Source of the DNA: Candidatus Giovannonibacteria bacterium
Lineage (GTDB): Bacteria; Patescibacteriota; Minisyncoccia; JACPKW01; UBA11713
Assembly (NCBI GenBank): GCA_023266875.1
Contig: JAHFOJ010000002.1
Span: forward strand, 3,163-67,162
Length of the DNA stretch: 64,000 nt
Direction: 5' to 3'
Shown here: positions 19,766 to 29,174 of the stretch, piece by piece
How positions within the stretch are numbered: the stretch's first letter is position 1
How the letters are laid out: every line of letters starts with the position of its first letter
The notes under the pieces: generated by a model
Databases searched by the model: none
The model's input: the letters and a program-made list of their open reading frames with translations, nothing else
What the model was told of the DNA's origin: nothing
Translations under genes and position numbers: made by a program

Positions 19766-21112
19766 CTATTTGTTACTTAACTGTGATTTAAAAACTCTTG
19801 GACCTTGCTCCGAGTCTGACACTTCAAATCCAAGCGCTTTTATCTCGTCACGCAAACGATCTGCTTGAAGCCAATCATGGGCGCGGCGATATTCTTCTCT
19901 TTTATTGACCAATTCTTCCACCCGGGCGGGTATCTTTAATTTTTCTAACGCAGATATGCCTAGCCCAAAAACTCTATCCGCAAAAATTAAATTATTATAT
20001 GTGGCCTTACCTGATTTTAATAATCTCCAGACAAGATCGAGCGCGCCCGGGATATTTAAATCATTATTAATTTTTGCCGCAAATGCTTTTTTAAACTCCC
20101 CCGATAGAAGTTTGCCTCCCTCGGCCTTCAGCTCAAGCGCCCGCCTTTCCATATTGAGGCGGGCGCTTGAAGCCGCTTCTAGCGAGCGCCAAGAAAATGA
20201 AAGGGGAGAGCGGTAATGAGCGGTTAGCGTAAGATATCTAAAATCAAGCGGAGAAAATCCGCGCTCCGCCATGTCTCGGAGTGTGAAAGTATTTTTAAGC
20301 GACTTGGACATTTTATGTCCCTCTACAGACATCATTTCACCTTCGATAAAAAACCGGGCGAATTTGTCGCCGCGCGCGCCCTCGGACTGGGCAATTTCAT
20401 TTTCATGGTGGGGAAAAATCAAATCGACTCCGCCAGCATGGATGTCTATTGGCATTCCTAAATATTTCACCGACATCGCGGAACATTCTATGTGCCAACC
20501 GGGACGACCGGCGCCGAATGAAGACGGCCACCACGGTTCATCGCCCCGCTTCTTCTTCCACAATACAAAATCTTTTGCCTGGTCTTTATCATATTCATCA
20601 GAGTTCACGCGGGCGCCAATTTTCAGCTCGCGTTTTTTGACTCTTGAAAGCCTCCCATAGTTTTTAAACTTCGAAATATCAAAATATACCCCGTCGTCGG
20701 TTTCGTAGGCCAATTTCTTTTTGACCAAGTTTCTTATCATTTTTACCATGTCGGGAACATGCTCAGTAGCTTTCGCGTATTTGGATGCTGGGAGAATATT
20801 TAATTTTTCTATATCGGAGAAAAATTCTTTAGTGTAACGCTCTGTGAAATCTTTCAGCCCTTCTCCAGATGCCTTGGAATCGCGAATCGTTTTGTCGTCA
20901 ACATCCGTAATATTCATGACTTTCTTCACCTTCAATCCAGCCAAAATAAGCGCCCTATGCAATAAATCTTCAAATATATAAGTACGGAAATTACCTATAT
21001 GCACAAATCCATATACGGTAGGCCCGCAAGCGTAAAAAGTAACGCGGCCCGCGTGTTTAGGCCTGAAAATCTCTTTTTTGCGCGTAAGTGCGTTAAAAAG
21101 CTTAATCGGCAT
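19766..21112 (-). CDS. cysS: Cysteinyl-tRNA synthetase
   Basis: A class I HIGH motif (HIGNFRTY) and KMSKS, with CysRS-specific blocks (YACGPTVY, WHIECSAMS). Confidence 0.93.
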   Translation of the reverse strand: MPIKLFNALTRKKEIFRPKHAGRVTFYACGPTVYGFVHIGNFRTYIFEDLLHRALILAGLKVKKVMNITDVDDKTIRDSKASGEGLKDFTERYTKEFFSDIEKLNILPASKYAKATEHVPDMVKMIRNLVKKKLAYETDDGVYFDISKFKNYGRLSRVKKRELKIGARVNSDEYDKDQAKDFVLWKKKRGDEPWWPSSFGAGRPGWHIECSAMSVKYLGMPIDIHAGGVDLIFPHHENEIAQSEGARGDKFARFFIEGEMMSVEGHKMSKSLKNTFTLRDMAERGFSPLDFRYLTLTAHYRSPLSFSWRSLEAASSARLNMERRALELKAEGGKLLSGEFKKAFAAKINNDLNIPGALDLVWRLLKSGKATYNNLIFADRVFGLGISALEKLKIPARVEELVNKREEYRRAHDWLQADRLRDEIKALGFEVSDSEQGPRVFKSQLSNK

Positions 21113-21149
21113 ATTCAGATTCTATCAACTTCTCAAATAAGCTTCTATC

Positions 21150-22070
21150 TTAAATCCACCTTCTGTATTTGAAGAAGGCGACCATAACCGCGACAACGCC
21201 AGCCATTATTCCTATGATCACCCAAAAATCGTTTGGTTGACCCACAATTGGGCGGGAAACTGCATCGATTGAAAATACCGTGGCGATAAGTGTGAGTGGA
21301 AACGTCAAAAGCGCGAGCATGGTGAACGCTTTGATAATTTCAGAAGAGCGGTGCGTTATCAATGAATTTGTCGTGTCATATAGCGTCTCAAGGGTATCTT
21401 TATTATTTAAGAGCAGGTTCGAAAGCCGGCGATATTGCGCGGCAAGCTCGGGAATTAAGCGCTTGAATGAATTGCCAAAAAAATCCGGGCCAATTTCCGC
21501 AAACGATTCCAAAAGAGAATCGTGCGGGCGGACCGCACGGGAAAAATCAAGCACGTCGCGGCGCAAATAGGAAATGTCTTCAATCAGCTTTTTTTCCTGC
21601 CCCGTAAAAATTCTCTCTTCGATTTGGTCTATTTTCTTTTGCAGAAAATCTATTTCAGCCAATAAATGATCATAAAGTTTTTTCCAAAGCATATAGAGCA
21701 GGGTATCAGTAGAGCCCGATACGCTAAAACAGCGTTCGCGAAGGGCCAAATTGAGCTCACAATGTTTGAAAAATTCTGCCATTGGCTCTATTGGCTCCTG
21801 GTGGACTGTTATTAAAAATTTTTTCCCGACAACTATGTCAAGCTCACGCGCCCGATGCGAACGGCCTTCAGGATCAAAAAGCGGAAGATGCAGTATGAAA
21901 TATAAGTGTGATCCATAATTTTCAGCGCGGGGTCTGAAAGACGGGCGGGAAAGCTCTTCTGCCACAAAATGAGAAAGTTCAAACTCCTTAGTGAGCGCCA
22001 AAATATCTTCAGGAGTCAGGCTCGGCACGTCAACCCACGATATGCCCTTGTAATCAATTCTTGAAATCAT
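21150..22070 (-). CDS. CorA-family divalent cation transporter with a variant pore motif (GMN replaced by SID)
   Basis: The N-terminal CorA cytoplasmic-domain pattern and two C-terminal TM helices are present. The loop reads ...IATVFSIDAVSRP where the canonical YGMNF is expected. The probable ATG is at 22070; the track used an upstream GTG. Confidence 0.65.
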   Translation of the reverse strand: MISRIDYKGISWVDVPSLTPEDILALTKEFELSHFVAEELSRPSFRPRAENYGSHLYFILHLPLFDPEGRSHRARELDIVVGKKFLITVHQEPIEPMAEFFKHCELNLALRERCFSVSGSTDTLLYMLWKKLYDHLLAEIDFLQKKIDQIEERIFTGQEKKLIEDISYLRRDVLDFSRAVRPHDSLLESFAEIGPDFFGNSFKRLIPELAAQYRRLSNLLLNNKDTLETLYDTTNSLITHRSSEIIKAFTMLALLTFPLTLIATVFSIDAVSRPIVGQPNDFWVIIGIMAGVVAVMVAFFKYRRWI

Positions 22071-22169
22071 GATGATTTTATACAGCACCTTTCAGATTAA
22101 TACTTTCCGGGGCTTTCACCCCTTGGAAAGGTGCTAAATTTATCTTACTATAGAAAGACTTAACTACAT

Positions 22170-23390
22170 ATGGAAATCAGAGGACGATCAAGAGCGATAT
22201 TTATAGCAATCACGGTAGCGGTCATCGTGGTTTCTTTTGCGCTTGGAGCATTTTTTGGCTATTCGCACCGCTCCGAACTTGAGAAAATAGGCGGTATAAA
22301 AAATGGCGCGTCAGGCAAACCGGACGATATTGATTTCGAACCGTTTTGGAATGCGTGGGCGATTATCGGAAATAAATTCGCCGGCTCCGACAATATAGAC
22401 AGGCAAAAAATGGTCTGGGGGGCGATTCAAGGCGCGCTCAACTCGCTTGGCGATCCTTATACAACCTTTTTCCCGCCTGAAGAGAAAAAACTATTCGATT
22501 CGGAGATTAAAGGGAGCTTCGCCGGCGTTGGGATGGAAATCGGGGTTAGGAAAGGAATACTGACTGTAATCGCCCCATTAAAAGATACTCCGGCCTATAA
22601 CGCGGGCATTAAGTCTGGAGATGCGGTTCTTAAAATAGACAGCAAAGAAACCGCCGGGATGACCGCAGATGAAGCCGTAAGATTGATCCGAGGAGAGCGC
22701 GGGACAAAGTTGAAATTGATAATACTGCCCTTAAATAAAGACAAAACCCGAGAGTTAACTTTAATCCGCGACATAATAAAAATACCAATCATTGAGACAA
22801 AAAAAGAGAAAAATAAAATATTTGTGATCAAGCTATACAGCTTTGCTGAAAATTCAGCGAACGAATTCAGAAACTCGATGCGCGACATGTATTTTTCCGG
22901 CTCAAATAAATTGATAATTGACCTGCGTGGGAATCCCGGAGGATATTTGGAAGCGGCAGTTGACATCGCTTCATGGTTTCTCGACACCGGGAAAGTGGTA
23001 GTCCGTGAAAAATTTAAGTCCGGCGAAGAACAGCTCTATCGATCACGCGGATATAAACCTTTCAGCAGCCTGATGATTGTCGTTTTAGTCGATAAGGGCT
23101 CGGCTTCTGCATCCGAGATTTTAGCTGGCGCTCTTCAAGATTACGGCGCGGCGAAGCTAGTGGGCGAAAAAACCTTCGGAAAAGGCTCGGTGCAGGAATT
23201 GGTGGATGTGACCAACAATACATCACTTAAAGTTACCATAGCGCGCTGGCTTACTCCGAACGGCCGAAGCATTTCCCAAAACGGCCTCGACCCAGATGTC
23301 AAAGTGGATCAAACTGAAAATGATGATACGAAGGGGATTGACAAGGCAATGGCGCGAGCGCTAGAAATACTAGAATCTTGGAATAAATAA
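22170..23390 (+). CDS. ctpA: Carboxyl-terminal processing protease (S41 family)
   Basis: An N-terminal TM segment, a PDZ domain (GVGMEIGVRKGILTVIAPLKDTPAYNAGIKSGD) and the S41 catalytic region (IIDLRGNPGGYL... VDKGSASASEILAGALQD). Confidence 0.88.
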   Translation: MEIRGRSRAIFIAITVAVIVVSFALGAFFGYSHRSELEKIGGIKNGASGKPDDIDFEPFWNAWAIIGNKFAGSDNIDRQKMVWGAIQGALNSLGDPYTTFFPPEEKKLFDSEIKGSFAGVGMEIGVRKGILTVIAPLKDTPAYNAGIKSGDAVLKIDSKETAGMTADEAVRLIRGERGTKLKLIILPLNKDKTRELTLIRDIIKIPIIETKKEKNKIFVIKLYSFAENSANEFRNSMRDMYFSGSNKLIIDLRGNPGGYLEAAVDIASWFLDTGKVVVREKFKSGEEQLYRSRGYKPFSSLMIVVLVDKGSASASEILAGALQDYGAAKLVGEKTFGKGSVQELVDVTNNTSLKVTIARWLTPNGRSISQNGLDPDVKVDQTENDDTKGIDKAMARALEILESWNK

Positions 23391-23403
23391 TTAATATCAT
23401 AAT

Positions 23404-23883
23404 ATGGCAAAAGTAATACTATTAAAAGACGTAATTAATCTCGGCCAAAAGGGCGACTTAAAGGAAGTAAAAGATGGGTACGTGAGAAATTTTCTTCTGC
23501 CAAGAAAACTAGCGGAACTTGCGACAAAGGCCAATATCCGCACACTTGAAGCAGAACAATCAAAAAGAGAAATTTTGAAAAGTGAGATATCATCTCGAAC
23601 GCAGGACGACTTAGAAAAGCTCGCCCGAGAAAAAATCATTTTCAAAATGCCAGCAAATGAAAAAAGACATCTTTTTGACAGTATTAGCATTTCAGAAATC
23701 GAGGCAAAGCTTCAAGAATTAGGAATTAAGAATATCAAAAAAGAGTGGATCAAACTTGCCTCACCGATAAAAGAAGTAGGGGAGAGCGAATTTGAAATTA
23801 AACCTCCTACGGGCGAAGCCGCAAGTTTCAAGATAACTGTAACCGAGAAAAAAACGCCCAAGAAAAGGTCTAGAAAAAAGTAG
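23404..23883 (+). CDS. rplI: 50S ribosomal protein L9
   Basis: MAKVILLKDVINLGQKGDLKEVKDGYVRNFLLPRKLA... is canonical L9, with a basic C-terminal tail. Confidence 0.9.
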   Translation: MAKVILLKDVINLGQKGDLKEVKDGYVRNFLLPRKLAELATKANIRTLEAEQSKREILKSEISSRTQDDLEKLAREKIIFKMPANEKRHLFDSISISEIEAKLQELGIKNIKKEWIKLASPIKEVGESEFEIKPPTGEAASFKITVTEKKTPKKRSRKK

Positions 23884-23905
23884 GTAGAAAAAAAATGGTA
23901 AGGGT

Positions 23906-24181
23906 TTATGCTACAATGCTTACCTTTTTTATACGTTTCGATCTTCCATCAAATCTCGTTTTTCTGACGTCAGAAAATTTAATAGTCCCAGGTGCGATTG
24001 CAAAAATCGTGTGGTCTTTGCCTATTGATGTGTTTTCTCCGGCAATAAAGTGTGTACCACGCTGGCGGATAATTATTGACCCCTTTTTCGCAGTCTCGCC
24101 CGCAAAAAGTTTAACCCCTAGATATTTAGGGTTAGAATCCCTGTTATTCTGTGTCGATCCTGTGGCTTTTGTATGTGCCAT
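23906..24181 (-). CDS. rpmA: 50S ribosomal protein L27
   Basis: [29 protein letters not shown]...[26 protein letters not shown] is canonical L27. The overlapping plus-strand ORF is spurious. Confidence 0.92.
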   Translation of the reverse strand: MAHTKATGSTQNNRDSNPKYLGVKLFAGETAKKGSIIIRQRGTHFIAGENTSIGKDHTIFAIAPGTIKFSDVRKTRFDGRSKRIKKVSIVA

Positions 24182-24225
24182 TTTAAGTTAGAATCTCTGG
24201 ATAAAACTCGTGCTATTATTTAACC

Positions 24226-24672
24226 ATGTTAAACGAGTGGGCGAGGAAAATCAAGTCCTGGTATAAAGACAACGAAAATGAGATCGTTTGGGTCGCGGTT
24301 GTTTTATTCGCTACGGGAGTCGGCTTTGGCGCCGGCCGTGTTGCAATTTTCAATTCAAATAAAACTCCTATAGAGATAAATCCGCCTGCAAGTAATCTTG
24401 GCGCAAACGCGATTAGCTCGCTTAATAGTTCTAGAGACGAAGCCGCCGCAGAAACAGAAAATAACTCTATAACTCAAATCACGGATAAAGAGCCCGTAAT
24501 CATGGAACAATCGCCTAAGATATATGTCGCCTCAAAAAATGGGAGTGTTTTTTATCTGCCAAGTTGCGGTGGCGTTAGATTAATTAAAGAAGCAAACAAA
24601 ATCTGGTTTTCGTCAAAAGAGGAAGCGTCGCGCGCGGGCTACAAACCGGCCGCAAATTGCAAAGGTTTATAG
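24226..24672 (+). CDS. Hypothetical membrane-anchored protein with a C-terminal two-cysteine module
   Basis: An N-terminal TM segment, a low-complexity linker, and a C-terminal KIYVASKNGSVFYLPSCGGVRLIKEANKIWFSSKEEASRAGYKPAANCKG. I cannot confidently place this small cysteine module in a named family. Confidence 0.45.
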   Translation: MLNEWARKIKSWYKDNENEIVWVAVVLFATGVGFGAGRVAIFNSNKTPIEINPPASNLGANAISSLNSSRDEAAAETENNSITQITDKEPVIMEQSPKIYVASKNGSVFYLPSCGGVRLIKEANKIWFSSKEEASRAGYKPAANCKGL

Positions 24673-25839
24673 ATCTTTTTCGATTTGTAATCGTTTGCGG
24701 CTTATGGTCAATGTTGAAACTTTTTTGATATCTTTTACTATGCCGTCAAACTTTTTTTGTTTTTGTTCCGGAAGTGTTTTTAAAATTTTCTCAAGTTTTT
24801 TCTCATCCACCTTCAAAACTTCCTGCCAAAGCCCCAAAGGCTGAAGCATAACGCGCGCGCGTTCCAAATCATAGTTTTTTTTCTCCGCCGTGCGCCGAGT
24901 TATATAACCATCTGGGCCAAATATGCGCTCGAGCCCTTTTTCATCTAAATAATGATGGATCTTAGCTTGAAGCATTTCAATCTTATCATATTGGCCTAGA
25001 ACGCTGTTTTTCGCCTCAAAATAATCCCTGATTATGCTTTTAATCTCTTCGTCTGAAGGCGCGTCTTCTTTTTTATACAAATGCTTCCACATCGGGCATA
25101 TAGGGCGATATGGACAAAATCCGCACCACGGACCCGGAGTAGGGGGAAATTCAGAAGACCTTTCGCGCTCTCTTATGTCTTTAATAGCCAAGAGTATCTG
25201 GTTTTTTGTTGAAGCAAGGTCGTCGCTACTTCTCTTTGAAGAAAGTTTTTCTCCATGCTCGAGAAAATAAAGCGAAAGCGTAACTTGATCCGGACTAATA
25301 TGAGTCCAGCGTTTCACCAAACCGAGATTATAAATGGAAAGTTGAAGATTTTTATCAACAAAATCTTGGCTTGGCATCCGGCGAGATGTTTTATAATCTA
25401 TGATCTCGTACGTATCGTCCGTAGGCTTATCTACCCGATCTATTATTCCCGCCAAAATATGACTTTCTTTCTGGTTTGGATCTTCAATAATCACTTCAAA
25501 TCTTGATTCTAGATCGACGATATTAAAATTCCACGGCTGATTTTTAAGAAAGAATTTCCTTAAAATCTTTTTTCCTTCTTCTAAATAAGAATCGGTTTGG
25601 TTTTCGGGAATTTTCAAAGTCAGTGACTCGCCTGACCAAATATCGGAAAAATAATTCAAAACCTCATCTATGGTAGGGAAGAGGGGATTCTTAGTGAACA
25701 TGAAACGGAGCGCGGAATGTATAACTGAACCAAAAACAGCTTCCTTGGATTTTTCCCCTTTGATCTTATCTATCTGGGAAAATTTATATTTTAGAGGGCA
25801 GATTTTAAATGTTTCGAGCGCGGAATATGATGTTCGCAT
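24667..25839 (-). CDS. PD-(D/E)XK nuclease, Cas4/RecB-like with a 4-Cys Fe-S cluster, plus a C-terminal extension
   Basis: N-terminal SYSALETFKICPLKYKF; motif II IIDRVD; motif III EIIDYKT; QLSIYNLG; and a C-terminal Cys triad WCGFCPYRPICP. Confidence 0.7.
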   Translation of the reverse strand: MRTSYSALETFKICPLKYKFSQIDKIKGEKSKEAVFGSVIHSALRFMFTKNPLFPTIDEVLNYFSDIWSGESLTLKIPENQTDSYLEEGKKILRKFFLKNQPWNFNIVDLESRFEVIIEDPNQKESHILAGIIDRVDKPTDDTYEIIDYKTSRRMPSQDFVDKNLQLSIYNLGLVKRWTHISPDQVTLSLYFLEHGEKLSSKRSSDDLASTKNQILLAIKDIRERERSSEFPPTPGPWCGFCPYRPICPMWKHLYKKEDAPSDEEIKSIIRDYFEAKNSVLGQYDKIEMLQAKIHHYLDEKGLERIFGPDGYITRRTAEKKNYDLERARVMLQPLGLWQEVLKVDEKKLEKILKTLPEQKQKKFDGIVKDIKKVSTLTISRKRLQIEKDL

Positions 25840-25975
25840 TGATAAATTATACTGCAGTTTGACGCACTGCGCTCAAGCGGGGAGACAAAGCCGCATATAA
25901 ATACAATGTCGCACAACATAGATTTTGCGTCATTCTAGCCGTATATAGTTGAAAGCCTTCATAGTATGTGATCTT

Positions 25976-26257
25976 TTAATCGCCCGTAACCGGTTTTAGC
26001 TTGTGTTCCACATTGAGAATCCACTCACCGAATGTATTTCGAAAATTCTTGATTATAAACTCGCGGGCAATCTTAAACCAGCTGGAAATATAATTATTCC
26101 AAACATATTGGATCCCTCGCCATAGAAATGAAAAATTGGACTTGAGGATTGGGTTTGTGACGAAATTAGATATGCTTACACCAAGAAAACTTAATATCAC
26201 CACGGATAAGATCAAAATAATTATGAGTTGTAGAAAACCCTGATTACTTGGGTGCAT
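25976..26257 (-). CDS. Hypothetical small membrane protein
   Basis: 93-aa ORF with one strong TM helix (LQLIIILILSVVILSFLGV). Confidence 0.35.
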   Translation of the reverse strand: MHPSNQGFLQLIIILILSVVILSFLGVSISNFVTNPILKSNFSFLWRGIQYVWNNYISSWFKIAREFIIKNFRNTFGEWILNVEHKLKPVTGD

Positions 26258-26510
26258 AATATATTTCCCTTAATTATAGGCATTTTCTTATGTTTTATAG
26301 GTGTGAATATCTGGCTTGACCAATTAACAATTGAATATGTATCATATAAGTAGCAATTCTCTTGCCGCATAGTTCTTTGTGTCGGGCATGCAACAAGACA
26401 AGCCCAGCAATTTTAAATCTAAATTTCGTTCTTTCTAACAACCAAATAGAATCATTACCGATTCAACAAACCCTTTAATTTGGAGGATCCTCGGTAAGAG
26501 AGCAATAAAA

Positions 26511-26547
26511 GCCCTAGCGGGGCAATCAATCAAAACCTGCCTAGGGC
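26511..26547. terminator. Hairpin GCCCTAG...CTAGGGC, a probable terminator for the M23 peptidase gene
   Basis: A 7-bp perfect stem with a 23-nt loop, flanked by T-rich runs on both strands. It lies 50 nt past the stop of the 26597..27856 minus-strand gene. Confidence 0.5.
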
Positions 26548-26596
26548 ATTTTTGTTTAAAGAATTATTATTCTTTATTAAAGTTATATATCTCAGC

Positions 26597-27856
26597 TTAT
26601 AAGTAAATTTTAGGATCTAAATATCCACCATATGGCAATACCCCGCAGACTCTGGATTTTCTCATTTCTACTGTTCTTGCGTCGTATACTGTGAAATGCA
26701 AATGCGGGCCTGTTGTATACCCGGTATTCCCGGAATATCCTATCAATTGTCCCCTATTCACCGATGCCCCTTGTGGGATACTTTGAAACGAGAGATGCGC
26801 GTATAAAGTTGCCAGATGGTTTGGATGTTCAATCAATATCCATTTTCCATATGATCCTCCTGGGCATACCAAATCGCTATTTCCTTCTGATTTTATAGTC
26901 CCACTCTCTGACGCTAAAATCGGCGTGCCGACTGAAGCCTTAAGATCAATACCGTTGTGGCCGGAATTCCCATAAACATCGCCTACAGATGACAGAGCGA
27001 AAGCTGTTAATCCGAAAGATTGAGTTATGATGGGATTTTGGACTGGCCAAGCTAAAACTCCTGATCTTGCACCCGGCAAGCTGGATGGATCAATTAGCAA
27101 TTTCAATTGATCTTCAATTTTAGAAATTTCCTGCTCAATTTCTGCTCGCTTATTTCGACGGGTACTAACAAGTTTTTGATATTCCGATTCTTTATTTTTA
27201 GTGTCGCGCAAAAGCTGATCCTTAGCTTTACGCGTGGACACCTCAATAGATTGCTCGACTTTCAGTTCAGAAAAATAATTTTGAAGGTCTGCTTTCGTGC
27301 TTTCCTCTTCCCGCTTATTTGACTCTAAATTATCTTTCAACCCCTTCAAGCGATCAAGATTTTCTCTGACTGAAGCTTGTAAATTTTCGATTCTTTCGAC
27401 ATCAGTGAAAAATTCCGAAAACTCGCTTTTTCTCACTAAGATTTCCAAAAGAGACTCCCCGTCTGTTTCACGAAGAGTTCTTATTATCTCCGCAAGAGCG
27501 GTTTTCCTGGAATCAATGTCTGAGGTACTTCTATTTATTTCGAGTGCCAAGCGCTTTAAAATTAGCTGGGATGTATTAATTTTGCTTTGTGTGAGCGTAA
27601 TTTTTGCGGCAAGCTGCTTTATTGAAACATCTCTTTTTTGAATTTCGTTTTTAAGAGTATTTACTTGGTTCTCTGCCGATTCGATTTGGGCTTGATACGC
27701 AGCGATCTCTTGCTCAATTTGCTTTATTTGATTCTGCCTTTCGGCTATGGAATTTTTTAGATCGTCAATAGGCGCGGCGAAACTCACCCGGCCATGGAAA
27801 ACTGCTAACGAGAAAAATAATAAAAAAATAGAAAATAGCTTGGGGCGGTTTTTCAC
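26597..27856 (-). CDS. M23-family metallopeptidase with an N-terminal coiled-coil (EnvC/LytM-like)
   Basis: A signal/TM segment and about 230 aa of coiled-coil. The C-terminal M23 motifs are HNGIDL, the AHLS section and PHLHF. Confidence 0.85.
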   Translation of the reverse strand: MKNRPKLFSIFLLFFSLAVFHGRVSFAAPIDDLKNSIAERQNQIKQIEQEIAAYQAQIESAENQVNTLKNEIQKRDVSIKQLAAKITLTQSKINTSQLILKRLALEINRSTSDIDSRKTALAEIIRTLRETDGESLLEILVRKSEFSEFFTDVERIENLQASVRENLDRLKGLKDNLESNKREEESTKADLQNYFSELKVEQSIEVSTRKAKDQLLRDTKNKESEYQKLVSTRRNKRAEIEQEISKIEDQLKLLIDPSSLPGARSGVLAWPVQNPIITQSFGLTAFALSSVGDVYGNSGHNGIDLKASVGTPILASESGTIKSEGNSDLVCPGGSYGKWILIEHPNHLATLYAHLSFQSIPQGASVNRGQLIGYSGNTGYTTGPHLHFTVYDARTVEMRKSRVCGVLPYGGYLDPKIYL

Positions 27857-27864
27857 TCTTATTA

Positions 27865-29172
27865 TTATACCTTATAGCTTGTGATATTTAGAGCAAAATC
27901 AATCCGCCTTAATGATTCCTCTTTCCCTAAAATTTCTGCGATCTCAAACGGTCCTGGAGATACTTTCCTACCCGTAAGAGCGACGCGAAAAGGCCATAAA
28001 ATTCTACCCTTATCCCCTTCCCCTATAGCCTTCAAGAATATACTCTCTAGTCTTTCCTTATCAAACCCGCCTGCCGAAACATCCTCTACTAATTTCTTAA
28101 TTTTGTTCAGAGCCTCCAAAACTTCGCTTGTGACCATTTGTTTCCAAACTAAAAGATTCTTGTCGTATTTTGGTGCTTCATAAAAATATTGGACTTTGTT
28201 CGGCAATTCGGATAACTTCTTCAGCCGCGGTTTTTCAAGCGCGATTATTTTCTCGTTATCTAGCCCGGATTCAAAAAATTCAATAGGCAGAAAAGGGCTT
28301 GCGATCTCCAATAATGCCTTATTATCTTTCTCTCTAATATACTCCCCGTTCATCCAATCCATTTTTTTATTATCAAATATCGCGCCCGCTTTGCCTACCC
28401 TTTCGAGTGAAAATGACTTAAAAAGTTCATCCTTTGACATAACCTCTTTATCTCCCTCTGGATGCCATCCCAAAAGCGCCAAAAAATTATATAAAGCCTC
28501 CGGCAAATAACCTTGGTTCTTGTATTCCTCTACCGATTCAGCGCTGTGCCGTTTTGATAATTTAGATCGATCTGGACCCAAGATCAAAGGGAGGTGAGCA
28601 TAAATAGGCTGAGGAAAAGTCAACGCGGATTGAAGTAAGATTTGGCGCGGGGTATTGGAAATATGATCCTCACCGCGAATGACATGCGATATTTTCATTT
28701 CCGCGTCATCAACAACCACCGCCAAATGGTAAAGCGGTTCATCTAAGCTCTTCGCCACCACAAAATCCCCGAGATCGGATGTATCAAATTCTATTTTACC
28801 GCGGACAATATCCTCAAACTCGACCCGCTTCTTGGGATTTTTAAATCTTATAACTTCAGATCGCTCGCCTTTCGACTCCTTCGATAAATAAGCATTTCCG
28901 GAATCTATAAGTTTTTTTAAATATTTCTTATGGATCTCTATCCGCTCAGATTGCCGATAAAATTCCCCCCAATTTATGCCGAGCCACGACAAACCATTCG
29001 TGATGCTTTTTTCGTATTGCTCAAGCGACCTCGCTTTATCCGTATCTTCAATGCGCAAAATAAATTTACCCGCAGGCGGCTTTGCGAATAATAAATTAAA
29101 TAAGGCAGTCCGAGCTCCGCCTAAATGAAAAGGCCCTGTGGGGCTCGGTGCGTAACGAGTTCTGATTTCCAT
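27865..29172 (-). CDS. gltX: Glutamyl-tRNA synthetase (short form)
   Basis: A class I HIGH motif (PSPTGPFHLGGARTALFN) and KMSKS (KLSKR), with the GluRS catalytic-domain pattern. It is 435 aa long with a reduced anticodon-binding domain. Confidence 0.88.
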   Translation of the reverse strand: MEIRTRYAPSPTGPFHLGGARTALFNLLFAKPPAGKFILRIEDTDKARSLEQYEKSITNGLSWLGINWGEFYRQSERIEIHKKYLKKLIDSGNAYLSKESKGERSEVIRFKNPKKRVEFEDIVRGKIEFDTSDLGDFVVAKSLDEPLYHLAVVVDDAEMKISHVIRGEDHISNTPRQILLQSALTFPQPIYAHLPLILGPDRSKLSKRHSAESVEEYKNQGYLPEALYNFLALLGWHPEGDKEVMSKDELFKSFSLERVGKAGAIFDNKKMDWMNGEYIREKDNKALLEIASPFLPIEFFESGLDNEKIIALEKPRLKKLSELPNKVQYFYEAPKYDKNLLVWKQMVTSEVLEALNKIKKLVEDVSAGGFDKERLESIFLKAIGEGDKGRILWPFRVALTGRKVSPGPFEIAEILGKEESLRRIDFALNITSYKV

Positions 29173-29174
29173 AA

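Noticed and set aside
23895-24191. 98-aa plus-strand ORF overlapping rpmA
   Set aside because: The minus-strand frame encodes an unmistakable L27 sequence. The plus-strand ORF has no recognisable features and is a shadow ORF.
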